Below, piece by piece: positions 12,505 to 25,364 of a stretch of DNA of 64,000 nt (positions within the stretch are counted from its first letter, which is position 1; every line of letters begins with the position of its first letter). The position numbers and the translations under genes were made by a program. The notes beneath the pieces are model-generated. The model searched no databases, was not told the DNA's origin, and saw only the letters and a list, made by a program, of their open reading frames with translations. Source of the stretch: Hemiscyllium ocellatum (lineage: Eukaryota); contig NC_083409.1 in NCBI RefSeq assembly GCF_020745735.1, positions 19,550,341-19,614,340 of the forward strand, given 5' to 3'.

Positions 12505-15304
12505 TTTTTTTATTTCAAAAATATACTTTATTCATAAAATAATTTGATGGTCTGTACAGTTGGTCATGCCATACATATGTAAACATTTACATAGAGATCA
12601 GAATTTATCACTTTTATATACAGGTCTGTACATTTTTCAATCATATGCCCATATATTTAGCTGAGGCATCAGCAGAGCCCAAATGACTGCATGGACCCCC
12701 CTGTTCTTCTTTAGGCAGGCAGATGTTACACGGTGGTCTTTCCCCACCGCGTCTTGGCGGCAGTTTCCCCAAGCTTCAGCGCATCCCTCAACACATAGTC
12801 CTGGACCATGGAATGTGCCAGTCTGCAACACTCAGTCAGGGGCAACTCCTTCAGCTGGATAATCAACAGGTTTCGGACCGCCCAGAGAGCGTTCTTCACC
12901 GAGTTGATGATCCTCCAGGCACAGTTGATGTTCGTCTCGGTGTGCGTCCCGGGGAACAGGCTGTAGAGCACGGAGTCCCACGTCACGGCCCTGCTTGGGA
13001 CGAACTTCGACAAACATCACTGCATTCCTCTCCAGACTTCCTCTGCATAGGCACATTCCAGAAGGAGGTGCGTGACAGTCTCTTCCCCCCCGCAACCGCT
13101 TCGAGGGCAGCGTGTGGTGCGGCTGAGAGTCCGTGTGTGCTTAAAGGATCTCACAGGCAGAGCCCTTCTCACCACCAGCCAAGCCATGTCTTGGTGCTTG
13201 TTGGAAAGTTCTGGCGATGAGGCATTCTGCCAAATGGCTTTGACAGTCTGCTTAGGGAACTGCTCGATAAGATCCGCCCTCTCCTTTTCCCGAAGGGTCT
13301 CAAGGACACTACGTGCTGACCACTTCCTGATGGACTTGTGGTCAAAGGTGTTTTTTTTTTCGTAAACTTCTCCACGAAGGACAGGTGATACGGAATGGTC
13401 CATCTACTCAGAGCGTTCCACGGCAGCGAGGCCAGGCCCATCCTTCGCAACACCAGGGACAGGTAGAACCTCAGTACGTAGTGACACTTGGTGTTTGCGT
13501 ACTGGGGATCCAGGCACAGTTTGATGCAGCCACACACAAAGGTGGCCATCAGGGTGAGGGTGGCATGGAGTGTATTTTTTCCCCCGTTGCCCAGATCTTT
13601 GTACAGCGAGTCCCTTCGGACCGGGTCCATCTTTGATCTCCATATAAACTGGAAGATGGCCCGGGTGACTGCAGCGGCACAGGTTCTGGGAATAGGCCAG
13701 ACCTGTGCCACGTATAACAGCAATGACAGTGCCTGATGACCAGATTTTTTCCCCTGATGGAGAGCGACCGTAGCTTCCATCTGCCCAGTTTCTGCCTCAC
13801 TTTGCTGATACGCTCCTCCCAAGACTTGGCGCATGCCCCCGCCCTCCCCGAACCAAATACTCAGCACCTTCAGGTGGTCGGTCCTGACGGTGAATGGGAT
13901 CGAGGATTGGTCGGCCAGTTCCCGAAGAGCATGGCCTCGCTCTTGCCTCGGTTTACCCTGGCCTCCGAGGCCCATTCGAACTGGTCACAAATGCACATGA
14001 GTCTGCGCACGGACAGCGGATCCGAGCAGAAAACGGCGACGTCATCCACGTACAGGGAGGCCTTAACCTGCATGCCCCCGCTGCCAGGAATAGTCACCCC
14101 TCTCAGGCTCGCATCCTTCCTGATGGACTCGGCAAATGGCTCTATGCAGCACACAAACAAGGCAGGAGAGAGAGAGAGAGGGCAGCCCTGCCTGACTCCA
14201 GATCTGACTGGGAAGCTATTTGATTCCCACCCATTGATTGAGACTGCACTGACAATGTTGGTGTAGAGCATTCTGTTCCAATTGCAGCTTCCCTCCCCAA
14301 AGCCCATTTTGGAGAGAACATCTCTCATATACCTGTGTGATATCCTGTCATAGGTTTTCTCCTGGTCCAGGCTGGTCAGGCAAGTTTCCAACCCTCTGTC
14401 CTGCTCGTAGGAGATCGTATCCCTGAGGAGTCCAAGACTGTCAGCAATCTTCCTGCCCAGCACAGCACTGGTTTGGTCAGGGTGAATCATTGACCCCAGA
14501 ACAGACCTGACCCAGTTGGCGATTACCTTTGACAGAATCTTGTAATCCGCATTCAACAGAGAGATTGGTCTCCAATTTTTGAGTTCCTCCCTCTCCCCCT
14601 TCCGCTTGTAGATGAGGGTGATGATGCCTTTCCTCATGGATTCACTATGGTACCTGCCCGAAGCATACTGACATACACCTCCAGCAGGTCCTGGCCAATC
14701 AAATCCCACAGAGCAGAATAGAGCTCGACCGGTAAGCCGTCACTTCAGGGAGTTTTATTCTTTTCGAAGGACTCGAGGGTCTTGGTCAGCTCATCCAGAG
14801 ATAGCGGCTGGTCCAGGCTCTCGCGTGTTCTGTCGTCTAAGACCTCCGTGATAGAGGACAGGAACGACTGGGAGGCCGCGCTGTCAGTCGGCTTCGAGTC
14901 ATACAGACTGGCATAGAAGAATTTACTGATTCTCATGACCTCAGTCTGAGATGACGTTACCGAGCCATCTTCTTCCTTCAGGCTGCTGAGCACAGAGCTC
15001 TCTTCTTGCACCTTCTGGAAGAAGAAACGTAAGCCCGTCTCGTCCTGCTCCACCGAGCGGACCCTGGACTGGGAGATTATCTTGGAGGCCTCCGAGGCGA
15101 AGATCGAGGCTTGCTGGCCCTTCACCTCCTTGAGGTCCTCCGTGACATCGAACCCCATCGTCTGCAGCAGGAGCACATTCTGCATACTTTCCTGGAGTTG
15201 GGACAGTTTTCCCCGCCTCTGTCTCGCCTCCTGAACACCTTTGAGGATGAAAAACCTCTTGATGTTCTCTTTTACTGTTTCCCACCAGTCCGTTGGGGAC
15301 TCAA
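12504..15304 (-). mobile_element. 5'-truncated Tx1/L1-clade LINE (copy 1): ORF2 RT and C-terminal CCHC, 3' UTR, poly(A)
   Basis: NWRPISLLNADYKILSK, GVRQGCPLS, YVDDV and CPRSGCGGEETVTHLLLEC in broken frames. T-run at 12504-12511. Confidence 0.92.
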
Positions 15305-15403
15305 AGAAACACCATATTCAGCAAACACACTGCCTTTGAAAGCAGTCAAACAGATTTCATATATTTACCTCTGCTCAGAGCCACTCTTTCTCATCCTCTC
15401 TAT
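15305..15403. repeat. Right copy of the direct repeat flanking Tx1 copy 1
   Basis: Begins exactly at the LINE 5' truncation point with a 3-nt (AGA) microhomology. Confidence 0.85.
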
Positions 15404-15487
15404 AACATCACCAGCTGACAAATGAGCTGGGTGGCTTGCCAGTCTTTCACAGCAATATGCCTTAAAAGAAGCCATAACAGATATTAC

Positions 15488-15556
15488 TTTTCATCCACAT
15501 GACTGCGCATCTTCTTCAGTTTTTGCATGATGCTGCTGGTCATATAGACCAGAAAC
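15488..15556 (-). pseudogene. CEP350: CEP350-like exon remnant ...TSSIMQKLKKMRSHVDEK
   Basis: Matches recalled TSSIMQKLKKMRSRMDEK, with a phase-2 donor AA|GTaata. The 5' boundary is unclear and out of phase with the best donor of the previous exon. Confidence 0.75.
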
Positions 15557-15682
15557 CTGCTGATAGCAAGTTTGGGTTGAAAGTGATTACTCATCATTCA
15601 TGCTGCTGAGTTAGTAATTCCTAAGTTTAATAGTAACCTTGCATTGAACAGTTCAGGAATTTGCAAATGGTGGGATACTAAC

Positions 15683-15829
15683 CAACTTGCTCTCCCCAAC
15701 TGATTTGAGCCTCTCCTGAATTTCCCTGGTGGTCTGGAGCATGTGTTGAATCTCCTCCTGCTGTTTCAGGATCAGCTGCCTCTCCCTGTGAGCAGCCTTG
15801 TTGGCTTTTTGAAGATGCCTGATTTCAGC
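15683..15829 (-). pseudogene. CEP350: CEP350-like exon AEIRHLQKANKAAHRERQLILKQQEEIQHMLQTTREIQERLKSVGESKL
   Basis: catcacAG acceptor and TTG|GTtagt donor, 147 nt. Matches recalled AEIKRLQEANKAARKERQLILKQQEEIEKIRQTTIKLQEKLKSAGESKL. Confidence 0.88.
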
Positions 15830-16759
15830 CTGTGATGAAATTGTATACAATGTATTACCATGTTAGAGACCAACCAAACCCGTCTTTACATCATCAATAA
15901 ATTTATTTTGACAACAGACTGCAGACATAAATGAAGTCAGGGCACGCAACTCCATCACCCATTAAGTTCTAAGTTGCACAGTTTCCAGGTGGCACTGTGC
16001 AACTTTTACAACTTATAATGCTTTCCTTGATGAAAACTTTGTGTTTTTCTTCGACAAAATGTATTGTCAACACAAACTCAAACATTCAAATACTCCAGGT
16101 CGAAAATCATCATGAAAGAGTTACTCACGTTCTTTTTCGACAGCTGATGCCTAACTTTGAGTGAGCATTTCTGATTTTATTTCAGGAGGTTGCCTCCTGG
16201 CCTGTGGTGAGTTAACCTGAGTTCTCAAACCTGAAAAACTGTCCTCAGCTGCCAAGTACTTTGCAGAAGAGAAAGATGATGAATAGGCAGATTTCCGTTT
16301 TCGAGAATTGCGTATTAGTTCTTGCTACTGGGCAAGTTGGAAAGTGTGCCTGGGTTGAGTGAGTACAGAATCTGGCAAATCTATAGTGGGTCCAACAGCA
16401 AATAACGTAACATTCCAAGTCTGCGTGACACTGCGTGATTGGCAACACCTATGCCAACAAAAATCAGCAACTTGTTGAGACCATCACTATGTTTTTCTCA
16501 GTTTTGGTTTGGAACTGTGAGCTGAAGTTAAGAATTGAATTTTGAAAAGCAACTTGTTTTAAAACAAAAAAAGGGGGAGAACAAAGATAAATATCTGCTG
16601 GCCTGGAGAGACAATGCAGATTAATTACTGGTCTAAGAACACTCCAGATGTTTCAGCCCCAGGGTGCTGCTGTGCTCAGAGACGGGTTGGATGTTAAATT
16701 GAACAATCTTGGAAGGACCGGTGCTGGCCTGCTCACAGCGAATGTTGAAAAAGAGGCAG

Positions 16760-17215
16760 AAAACCAAGTGGTTGATGGGAAATGTTCATCCTGGAGTTCA
16801 GTTACTAGAGGTGTACCGCAAGGATTGGTTTTCGGGCCACTGCTGCTTCTCATTTTTATAAATGTCCTGGACGAGGGCGTAGAAGGATGGGTTAGTAAAT
16901 TTGTGGATGACACGAAAGTCGGTGGAGTTGTGGGTAGTGCAGAAGGATAGCATGAGGGGACATAGCTGTAAATTGAGGGGTGATAGATATAGGAACGATC
17001 TCAGATGTAGGTTCTTTACTCAGAGTGGTAGGGGAGTGGAATGCACTGCCTGCAACAGTCGTGGACTCACCAACCTGAAGAGCATTTAAAAGGTCATTGG
17101 ATAAACATGTGGATGATTACAGAATAGTGTAGGATAGATGGGCTTTAGTTTGGTTTCACAGGTTGGCATGACATCGAGGGCCGAAGGGCCTGTACTGCGC
17201 TGTAATGTTCTATGT
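16760..17215 (+). mobile_element. CR1 LINE 3' fragment with internal deletion
   Basis: SSWSSVTRGVPQGLVFGPLLLLIFINVLDEGVEGWVSKFVDDTKVGG. Confidence 0.85.
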
Positions 17216-18253
17216 AAGTCGGGTAAACGTTCAAAGCAGTTTGAGTTCACATTGTACATCCTGATTTGATTTCCTTGGAATTCATCAGCGTTCTGTTAAA
17301 GTTGCTTGTTTTTGTTTAAGTTCTAACCTTGGTGTCCAAGATCTGTTATTTCTGAAGTCAGGTTAGGAACAATTGAGCAATTTTGAGAGTTAGTTAATAT
17401 CTCAATTTCACTGTGTCCCAACTCATGGTAGTGATGTAATTTGGTTTGGCTCATAGTCTCAGTCTCAAACTTCAAATTTGCAGTTCTTGAAGAAAACAAG
17501 ACAAAGGGAAAACCATAAAGGTGGCTTTAGGACAAAGTCAGATGAAACAAAGAGACAGGACAATGTTTTAACGAGGATCATGACAGTAGCTCACCACCTT
17601 TTCCAAAGCAATTAGAAATACAAACTAAGTGATCTCCTCATCAGCAATCCCATGTCTTGTAAGTAGTTTTAAAAAAAATACAAGGGCAAGGGGGAAAGCA
17701 AGGGTGAAAAATAAAATGTTTAAATGGCAATAAATGTTGCATCCCTTCCATTAACATCATAAATTAAAGACAAATCCAGGGCACTTGGCAACCAGCGAGA
17801 GCTGGAATCTGTTCATTTGTGTGTGTGAGAGCTCATCCATTGCAATAACAGCAGGTAGCTCATTTCGTTCACATGGAGGGATAAGGTGGGGAAAATTAAC
17901 AAATTCAAAAGACAACAAGCAGCATTACCCCCACTCCTGGACAGTGGCCTCATTGTACAATCATTCTTCTCAAAGTTTGGTTCATAATCCTTCCCTTAAA
18001 GTGCACTATTGAGGATAATCATAGCAAAGTATTGCCAGTAGGAGAACTGCATTCAGAAACACCATGCCATGGAAATGTATCCCTAGGCCGAGCATATCCA
18101 TTACATACAGCAGCATTTGTTGTTGGCATTTCAAGGAAAAGCTGGATCGCCATATAAAAAAGGTTTGCAACAAATCGGAACCTTGGGGAAACATGTTCAT
18201 TTATGAAGTATTAATGATAGCCCAACATTTTCCTGTCATTCAGTGAGTCATAC

Positions 18254-18341
18254 CTGCTCCTGCTTCAGCCTGAGCAGAAGCCCACGTTGTCTCCTTCGGA
18301 TGGATGTCATCTTGTCATCTTCTCCCTTGCCGCGAAGGCGT
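18254..18341 (-). pseudogene. CEP350: CEP350-like exon RLRGKGEDDKMTSIRRRQRGLLLRLKQEQ (5'-most exon found)
   Basis: ctctaaccAG acceptor and CAG|GTatga donor, 88 nt. Matches recalled HLRDKGEDDKMPPLRKKQRGLLLRLQQEK. Confidence 0.88.
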
Positions 18342-18364
18342 CTGGTTAGAGAACAAGGCAAAGT

Positions 18365-18735
18365 CACATGAACATAGAGCATACAATATTACAGCACACT
18401 ACAGGCTCTTCGGCCCTCCATGTTGCACCGGCCTGTAGAACCAATCTGAAGCCTATCTATCCTACATTTTTCCATTTTCATCCGTATCTTTATCCAATGA
18501 CCATTTAAATGCCCTTAAAGTTGATGAGTCCATCACTGTTGCAGGCAGTGTGTTCCACACCCTTACCACTCTGACTAAAGAAATTACCTCTGCCATCTGT
18601 CCTATATCTATCCCCCCCGCAATTTAAAGCAATGCTCCCTCGTGCTAGCCATCACCTTCTGTGGAAAAAGGCTCTCTCTGGCCACCCTATCTAACCTTCT
18701 GATTATCTTATACGTCTCAATTAAATCACCTCTCG
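18365..18735 (-). mobile_element. CR1 LINE 3' fragment
   Basis: GDLIETYKIIRRLDRV...GHCFKLRGG-like CR1 C-terminal motif (ORF 18608-18847). Confidence 0.8.
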
Positions 18736-20465
18736 ATCCTATATCAACATCGAGCATCAAATCCTTCACCAGTGTGGGATGTTCTCCAGTCCTGAGAGAT
18801 AATGTAGCTTCAGTGAAGAATGTGCAAGTAGTAAGTAGTAGGTTCAAACTAGGAGCATCTGTGTGTGTACACCAGAACCAAAATCAAATAATGTCAGTAA
18901 CCATCAACAGAAGCCCAAGTCCTTGTTCCCCGGTTATTTTGCCATATCAATTTGAGCCATGACATCATAATACTTACCTTGGAATAATGACCAGAATTCA
19001 AAAAATATCTCATTCACAGAGAGCCATTTTGAGATGTCACATAACCACAAAGGTTACTGAATCAGAAATGTTCACGGATTTCTGTCCAAAGATGCTGCCA
19101 GACCTGCTGAGCTTTTCTAGCAATTTCTGTTTTTGTTTCAGATTTCCAGCAGCTCTTTTGGTGTCTGTGCTGTATATTCCACCAAGTTTTTGCTCGGAAT
19201 CTGATTATCCAGATTATCATGATCATCAAGTGGCTATTATGCCAGAACAATTGGAGCTATGACGTCATAATACCCTCCCTTGAACCAATGACCAGAATTC
19301 AAAAAGTACTTCATTGGCAGAGAGCTATTTTGAGATGCCCCAGAACCACAAAACTCACTATTTAGATGTAAGTATTTCTTTCTTTATAACAGTCCTTTGG
19401 CCAAATATTTGCCCCTGCAAATATTTGGTGGTTTTTCTGAGACTCTACCATTCATTAAACAACTGCTAATCTGGCCAAGTCCCATTTCCTGGTCCCTACA
19501 TTATCTCGTCTCTCTTCCTTCTCGCAATGTAAATGTTCCATTTCTGTAAATTAATGGTTAATAGTCATTTACTGACATTAGTAAAATTAAACCGTGATTG
19601 ACATTTTTTTCTTACATTACAGACCTCTTTTCACAACTCTATCAGTTCACCTCACGTTAAATGCATCTTCCCTTTCCACAAGACAAATTATTTATCAGAA
19701 ATGTGCAATAAATACATTGTAACATTTGTCATTCTGATTGAGACAGAGTCACAGAGAGTCACAGAGAGAAATAGATTGTCACAGAGTGTCACAAAGAGTC
19801 CAATAGTCACAGACAGCCACAGCATGGAAATCTTTTCCGAACATGAGATATACATAACCAAACAGGGAATTTGATAAAGCAACTACAGCAGCTGGTAAAA
19901 AGTCACAATAGGGATATTTTACTGCAGCTGCAATCTGCAGAGGAAGTCCAACTTATGCTCAGACACAAATGCCCAATTTGTGTCTGGCAGGTCAACTTCC
20001 CTTATATGGTGAAAATAAAGAGAATTAGCCAAGGAAAGCCTCCACCACCCACCCTTGGAAAATGGTAGATAAATGAGCTCTTCAAATATTATTGCCTGTT
20101 ACAGCAAATGCCTTTGATACAGAAACAAAGAATGGTTCGAACAAACATTTATTTGAAAGTGACTGTAAAGTTAGAGGTTGGCTTGTGTCATGGCAGAAAT
20201 GTTTCTCATCAGGAACTAGAAAAGAGCTGACACACGGTTATATGCTATGACTACTCTGAAGGTTTAGTGATAGTTCCAATTTTTAAAAAATAACTGAGGG
20301 AGAAAGGTAAATCAATTTGATGACGATTAGTTTGGGACACTTGATGTTGTTGTGAACGTACTGTTCACTGCAAACAATTAAACACAACCCAGAACAGCCA
20401 TGTGCTTTTCAGGTAATAATGTAGATTCACAAGGAAGCACAACATTAAAACAATGGAACAATTTA

Positions 20466-20625
20466 CAGAGGAACCTCGATTACCCGAGCGACATGGGTAA
20501 GGAGTGTTTTGTTTGGATAATTGAATGCTGGGTAATACAGTTTAGCCTAGCATCGGGATCTTACGATCTACTTTGGATGATCCGAAATTCAGATAATCGA
20601 ATGCCAGATAATCGAGGCTCTTCTG
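20466..20625. mobile_element. MITE, Tc1/mariner (Tigger-like)
   Basis: Imperfect TIRs cagaggaacctcgatta / taatcgaggctcttctg, with TA on the left side. Confidence 0.6.
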
Positions 20626-21023
20626 CATGTAGATTAATCAAATATCCTATAAATCAAAAAGATTTAATATTTTAAACAATAAAGTCTGATAATCTGCTTG
20701 GTCTTTCGCTGTTCTCTATCAATTGAGGCCTTCAGGGCAATGAATAAAAGTTTTTGACATGAGAATATGTGGAAGGGTTGATAATTCAGGAAATTAGTTG
20801 GTTCTCTATTGATTTAGACAAATAAAGAGGATCAGAATGGGAGCAATATGATATAATGTGCACACCACACCAAAAGGGTATTTCATCACAACTGTGCCAC
20901 TTATTTTAAGAGCAGGAAAGGTCCGCCACTGACCAGATAGCAGTTGTGTAGCCTGAGACAGCAGATTGTGGGTTCAAATCCCACCAGAGATTTGAGCAGA
21001 TCTCTCAGGCAGACATTTCACTC

Positions 21024-21243
21024 CAGGTAGTTCTTCTATAACATAATGGTTGCATTGCTGTCCAACCCCCATGATATCGGAAAATCACATTTTAGAAACA
21101 GCACTTAAAGTCTTCGCGATGTAATCAGGTTACAGCCAACACACATTTTCAGAGTTCGTGCTTTAGAAACAATGTCCCCAATTTGTCGATCGTGTTATAG
21201 CAAATTTGTGTTAACGAAATGCAAGTTATAGCAGAATGACCTG
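21024..21243. mobile_element. MITE inserted in an older Deu-like SINE
   Basis: 19-bp TIRs caggtagttcttctataac / gttatagcagaatgacctg, followed by TA. Confidence 0.65.
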
Positions 21244-22380
21244 TACTGTACTGAGGGTGTACTGCACTATTTTACTGATGGTGTCCTTCAGATGAGACGG
21301 ATGCAGAAGACCTCAGCATTCTGGTCAATGTTTATTTCAACAGACTATCCTATTCAACAATTTGCTATTTTGATGAACCTAATATGCTCAAATTGTATTT
21401 TGTATTTGCTATTTCATAAACTACAAAGTGTTCACTGGTTGTAAGTCACATAAAGAAATTTCCATGATTGTAAACGGTGCCATTTAAAACAAGTTTTCTT
21501 TTCTTTTCTGAAGAAACATAGATCAATACCAGACAACAGACACAGGCCCTGTTATACGATTACACACAACACTGTGATATTGTTACACACCACCGAGCTG
21601 AAGTGTTCTGCAACTGATCAATCTCCAAGCTGTAGGGAACGGCTTCAACTTCGGCAGAAAAGGGAAGAAAATCCATCCAGTGATTCCCCTGTGCCAAGTG
21701 CACTCATGTGGGATGGATCAGCCCTCTGATTCCTTCTCTAATTTGCCCGGCAACACATGATAAAGGCTCAGAAAAAGAAAGTGATTACTTGGCCAAATTC
21801 TCAGTCAGAATAGGGAGAACAGGGAAGAAAATTGAGAAAATAAATTTCCATTCCAAGAAAAAGAAATTGAGGTCAGGGTCAACACCTTACAGGAATAATC
21901 ATCTTTCTACATTAAAAAGGTTATGATGGCACATTTCATTTTCTAGATACTTCTGGGTTCAGATACAGTCTGACATTTTCAAACACTAACCCTGCCAACT
22001 TGAAAACTTCAAAGATACTTCTGACACTACAAATGAGTCAGCACCTTAGGCACATCACCTCCACACACGCTCTCTGACTTGCTCCTTCATCACTGGTAGC
22101 TCTATTTAATCTCAAATCACCTACCACCATTACAAGGCCCATTGCTGTTCAAAAAGGTGGCTCATGTTATCGGGATGATTGCCTGTTAAGTGAAACCGCG
22201 CCAAAACTGCACGTGTCTGAGAACTCTAAATACTGCAACAGAATGAGGAAACCAGTAGACTGCTGAGACCGAAATTTACATCAGTTGACAGGAAGAAACT
22301 GAAGAAAACCAGAGGCAAAATACCATCAGTACACTACAACCAAAAGATACTCCTCTCCAAACATTGCCGAATTTCTACAG

Positions 22381-22615
22381 AGTTAAAAAACATACAACAC
22401 CAGGTTATAGTCCAAAAGGTTTATTTGGAAGCACTAGCTTTCAGAGTGCTGCTCCTTCATCAGGTAGCTGTGGACCAGGATCATATGATCCTTTGTTTTA
22501 TGATCCTGCTCGACAACCACCTGATGAAGGAGCAGCACTCTGAAAGCTAGTACAGTACTTCCAAGTAAACCTGCTGGACTCCAACCTGGTGTTGTGTGAT
22601 TTTTAACTTTGTCCA
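22381..22615. mobile_element. Palindromic Penelope-derived repeat with two inverted hammerhead cores
   Basis: CTGATGA-A-GGAGC-AGC-ACTCT-GAAA-GCTA on + (22521-22549) and on - (22435-22463). Confidence 0.72.
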
Positions 22616-23389
22616 CCCCAGTGCAACACCAGCACCTCCACTATCATAAATTCTACTAGGTACAAGGACAAAAACCACAACCCTTACTCAAGCCTAGGAA
22701 CAAAGATGACATCTTTGGAAACTTCCAGAAATATCTGAAATAAACATCGCTTAAAAGAATCTTGACCTAATTTACACAAGAGTGTTGATTCAATGCAAAG
22801 TGAACAAATCTAGTTTGGGAAAATGAAAAATGTCATGGAGAATTTTAAATTTCTTTCATCTGCTATGGTTCCATTTTTACAAGTAGTTATTCCCATCTAT
22901 TTGAATAAACATTCAAACACATGGATGAAGATTCTAAAAGCACGCTGCCAGGGAGCCTCAATAAATGCTGAAACCCTCCATGAGAGTCCATGTAAATACC
23001 AAATACCAACACATTCTCAGGGACATTTTTAAAATGCTGACACCCCAGCAACACTGAAAACATTCCAGAAAACAGACAGGAAATAAAAAAACTTCCCAAA
23101 ACGTATCCCATGAATACTAAAAACACCCATATGCCCCTGGCAATACCAAACACTTTCCCGGGGTCACAACTTTGAAAACTCTACCATCCCATATGTAAGA
23201 ACACCTGTCTTCCCCACCCGTTCTGGTCTCCATATGTCTCCAAGCCCACAGCAACATGGTTGGCTCTTCAGTCTGAAGTAGCCAAGTAAGCCACCTAGTT
23301 CTTCCATAAACTGCTGGGGAAGGTAAATAATAAAACCAAACACACCATGTGATAGCAATCAAGGAACCAGAAATAACAGCAATATATCC

Positions 23390-24930
23390 AGCCCAGACGA
23401 CTCTGCAAAGTTCTCCTTACTCATATTCAGGGATTGTGTATAATTGCCCCACAGAACACTCAAGTTTCAGCCTGACATAGTCACACCCAATTTACAGCCA
23501 ATGTTGCACACTCCTCCTTAGCAGGACAGACTCAGCAGCAGTAGTGGCAGTATCATACAATTGGGAGTGAGTTACTCTCGGAGACTTCAATATTGACTTC
23601 AGATTCCATAAAGTCTGAGGGCATCAGGTCAACCATGGACAACTTCCTGCTGATTCCCGCCACCCCCTAACTGGTGAATCAGTATTCCACGTTGAATGCC
23701 ACTTTGAGGAAGTAGTGAGGGTGGCAAGGGCTCAGAATGTACTCTAAGTGCATGACTTCAGTTTTCATCACCAAATATACATTCATAGCAGCACTAATGG
23801 CCAGGTTGGTGCAATCCTAAAGGGTAAATTTGGTAGACTTGGCCTGCAGCAGGTAGGAACAAAACCAATGGGGAAAATAACCAACTTAACTCCATCCTTC
23901 TCTGATACTTATGAAGGGATAAGAGGACACTGCAATAGCAATAAGGCTTGAAATCATATTAACTATACGATTGGTGGTTTGTGCTCCAGAACGAGTCATA
24001 TCTCTTGACAATCTGTTTAAATGCAGCAACAACACTGACAACTACTAACAATGTGTAAATTTACCCAGGTAAATCCTGCCCTCAAAATGGAGGAATGTCC
24101 AAACTATTCAAATGTTGCTCCAACTGTCTCTGCTTAATCCTCAGCAAAATGGTTGATCATCATTAACAATGCAATGAAGAAATACATTCCCCAATAAAAC
24201 GCTGACTGATGCCCAGTTTGGCTTCTGTCAGGACCATTCAGCTCCAATCCTCATTACATCCAATAATTGGGCTGACATTAAGGGAGCTTTTGGCGAAGTA
24301 TGGTATCAAGGAGTGTTAGAAAAATTGAAGCCAATGGAATTAGGAAATAGTTGTGTCTGTTGCAGGTTCAAACACCTCAGTCCCAGGGCATTGTCCAAGA
24401 TCCAATAATCTTCGGAATCATTTTCTCCATAAGGTCAGAAATGAGGATGCTTCATGACTCACACTGTTGAATCCCATTCATAATTCCTCAGCTGTATTCC
24501 GAGTCACTATCAGTAAAACCTGAACAACATTCAAGAAGTCCTGGGCTGATAGGTTGGAAATAACATTGGTGACAAACAGCGCCAGACAATGACCAAAACA
24601 TAGGATCCAGTCATCTCCCCTCATCATTCACGACATTACCATCATTGAATCCCACTAACAGTATCCTGGAGGATGTCACCATTTACCAGAAATGGAACTG
24701 GATTAGCCAAATAAACAAGGTTTACAGGATAACATCAGAGGCTGGGAACTCTCTGCGAAGTAATTTACCTCCTGACTCGGCAAAGTCTGATGCAAAAAGT
24801 ACAGGTCAGAATGCTTCAGAAGGGATTAACTCTGCTTTCTCTCCACAGATGCTGCCAGACCTGCTAGAGTTTAAGAAATTTCTGTTTTGTTTACACATCA
24901 GGATGTCTGGATGAATGCAGCTTGGGGAAG
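23390..24930 (+). mobile_element. Heavily decayed CR1-like LINE (endonuclease to RT fragments)
   Basis: Similar to the element at 62260-64000; no long open frame. Confidence 0.5.
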
Positions 24931-25364
24931 AAGGCACTGAGTACAGTAAATCCCTCTGCCACACTGACAACTCAATGCTCTTCCAATTACATAGCCCTTC
25001 TTTGAGGTTTTCCCCTGTTTGGTTGAAAACTGAAAAAAAAATAGTTTTTCTATTAATACTTTCCTCTCACTGAGAAAGCTTCAGTCCAACCCACATCCTA
25101 CAATCTGCTCTGAAAACTCTGCTCACATTTTGATAATGTGCAACCCAGTTGCTGAAAACTTCCACAACAAAAGTAAAACACACAATATTCTTAAAAAACA
25201 AATTCATTATTTTCCATGTTGACAGATCCATTAAAATTCCAGATACAAATTCAGATCATTGCCAAAACGTCCAGTCCTTCCTTGGACCAAAATATATTGT
25301 CTACTACATTTTGTTGAAACAAATGTGATTGCTTTTGAGATGTATTGCCTGCAGAAAAACAGGA

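Noticed and set aside
446-18341. Calling the exons a functional gene, or CCDC187
   Set aside because: The in-frame stop, frameshift, lost acceptor and misordered exon argue against function. Recalled CEP350 matches closely, including its extreme C-terminal exon. A shark CCDC187 origin is not formally excluded without a search.
19871-20068. Coiled-coil-looking plus-strand ORF (IKQLQQLVKSH...)
   Set aside because: No convincing splice sites or recognisable homology; the length is within chance expectation.
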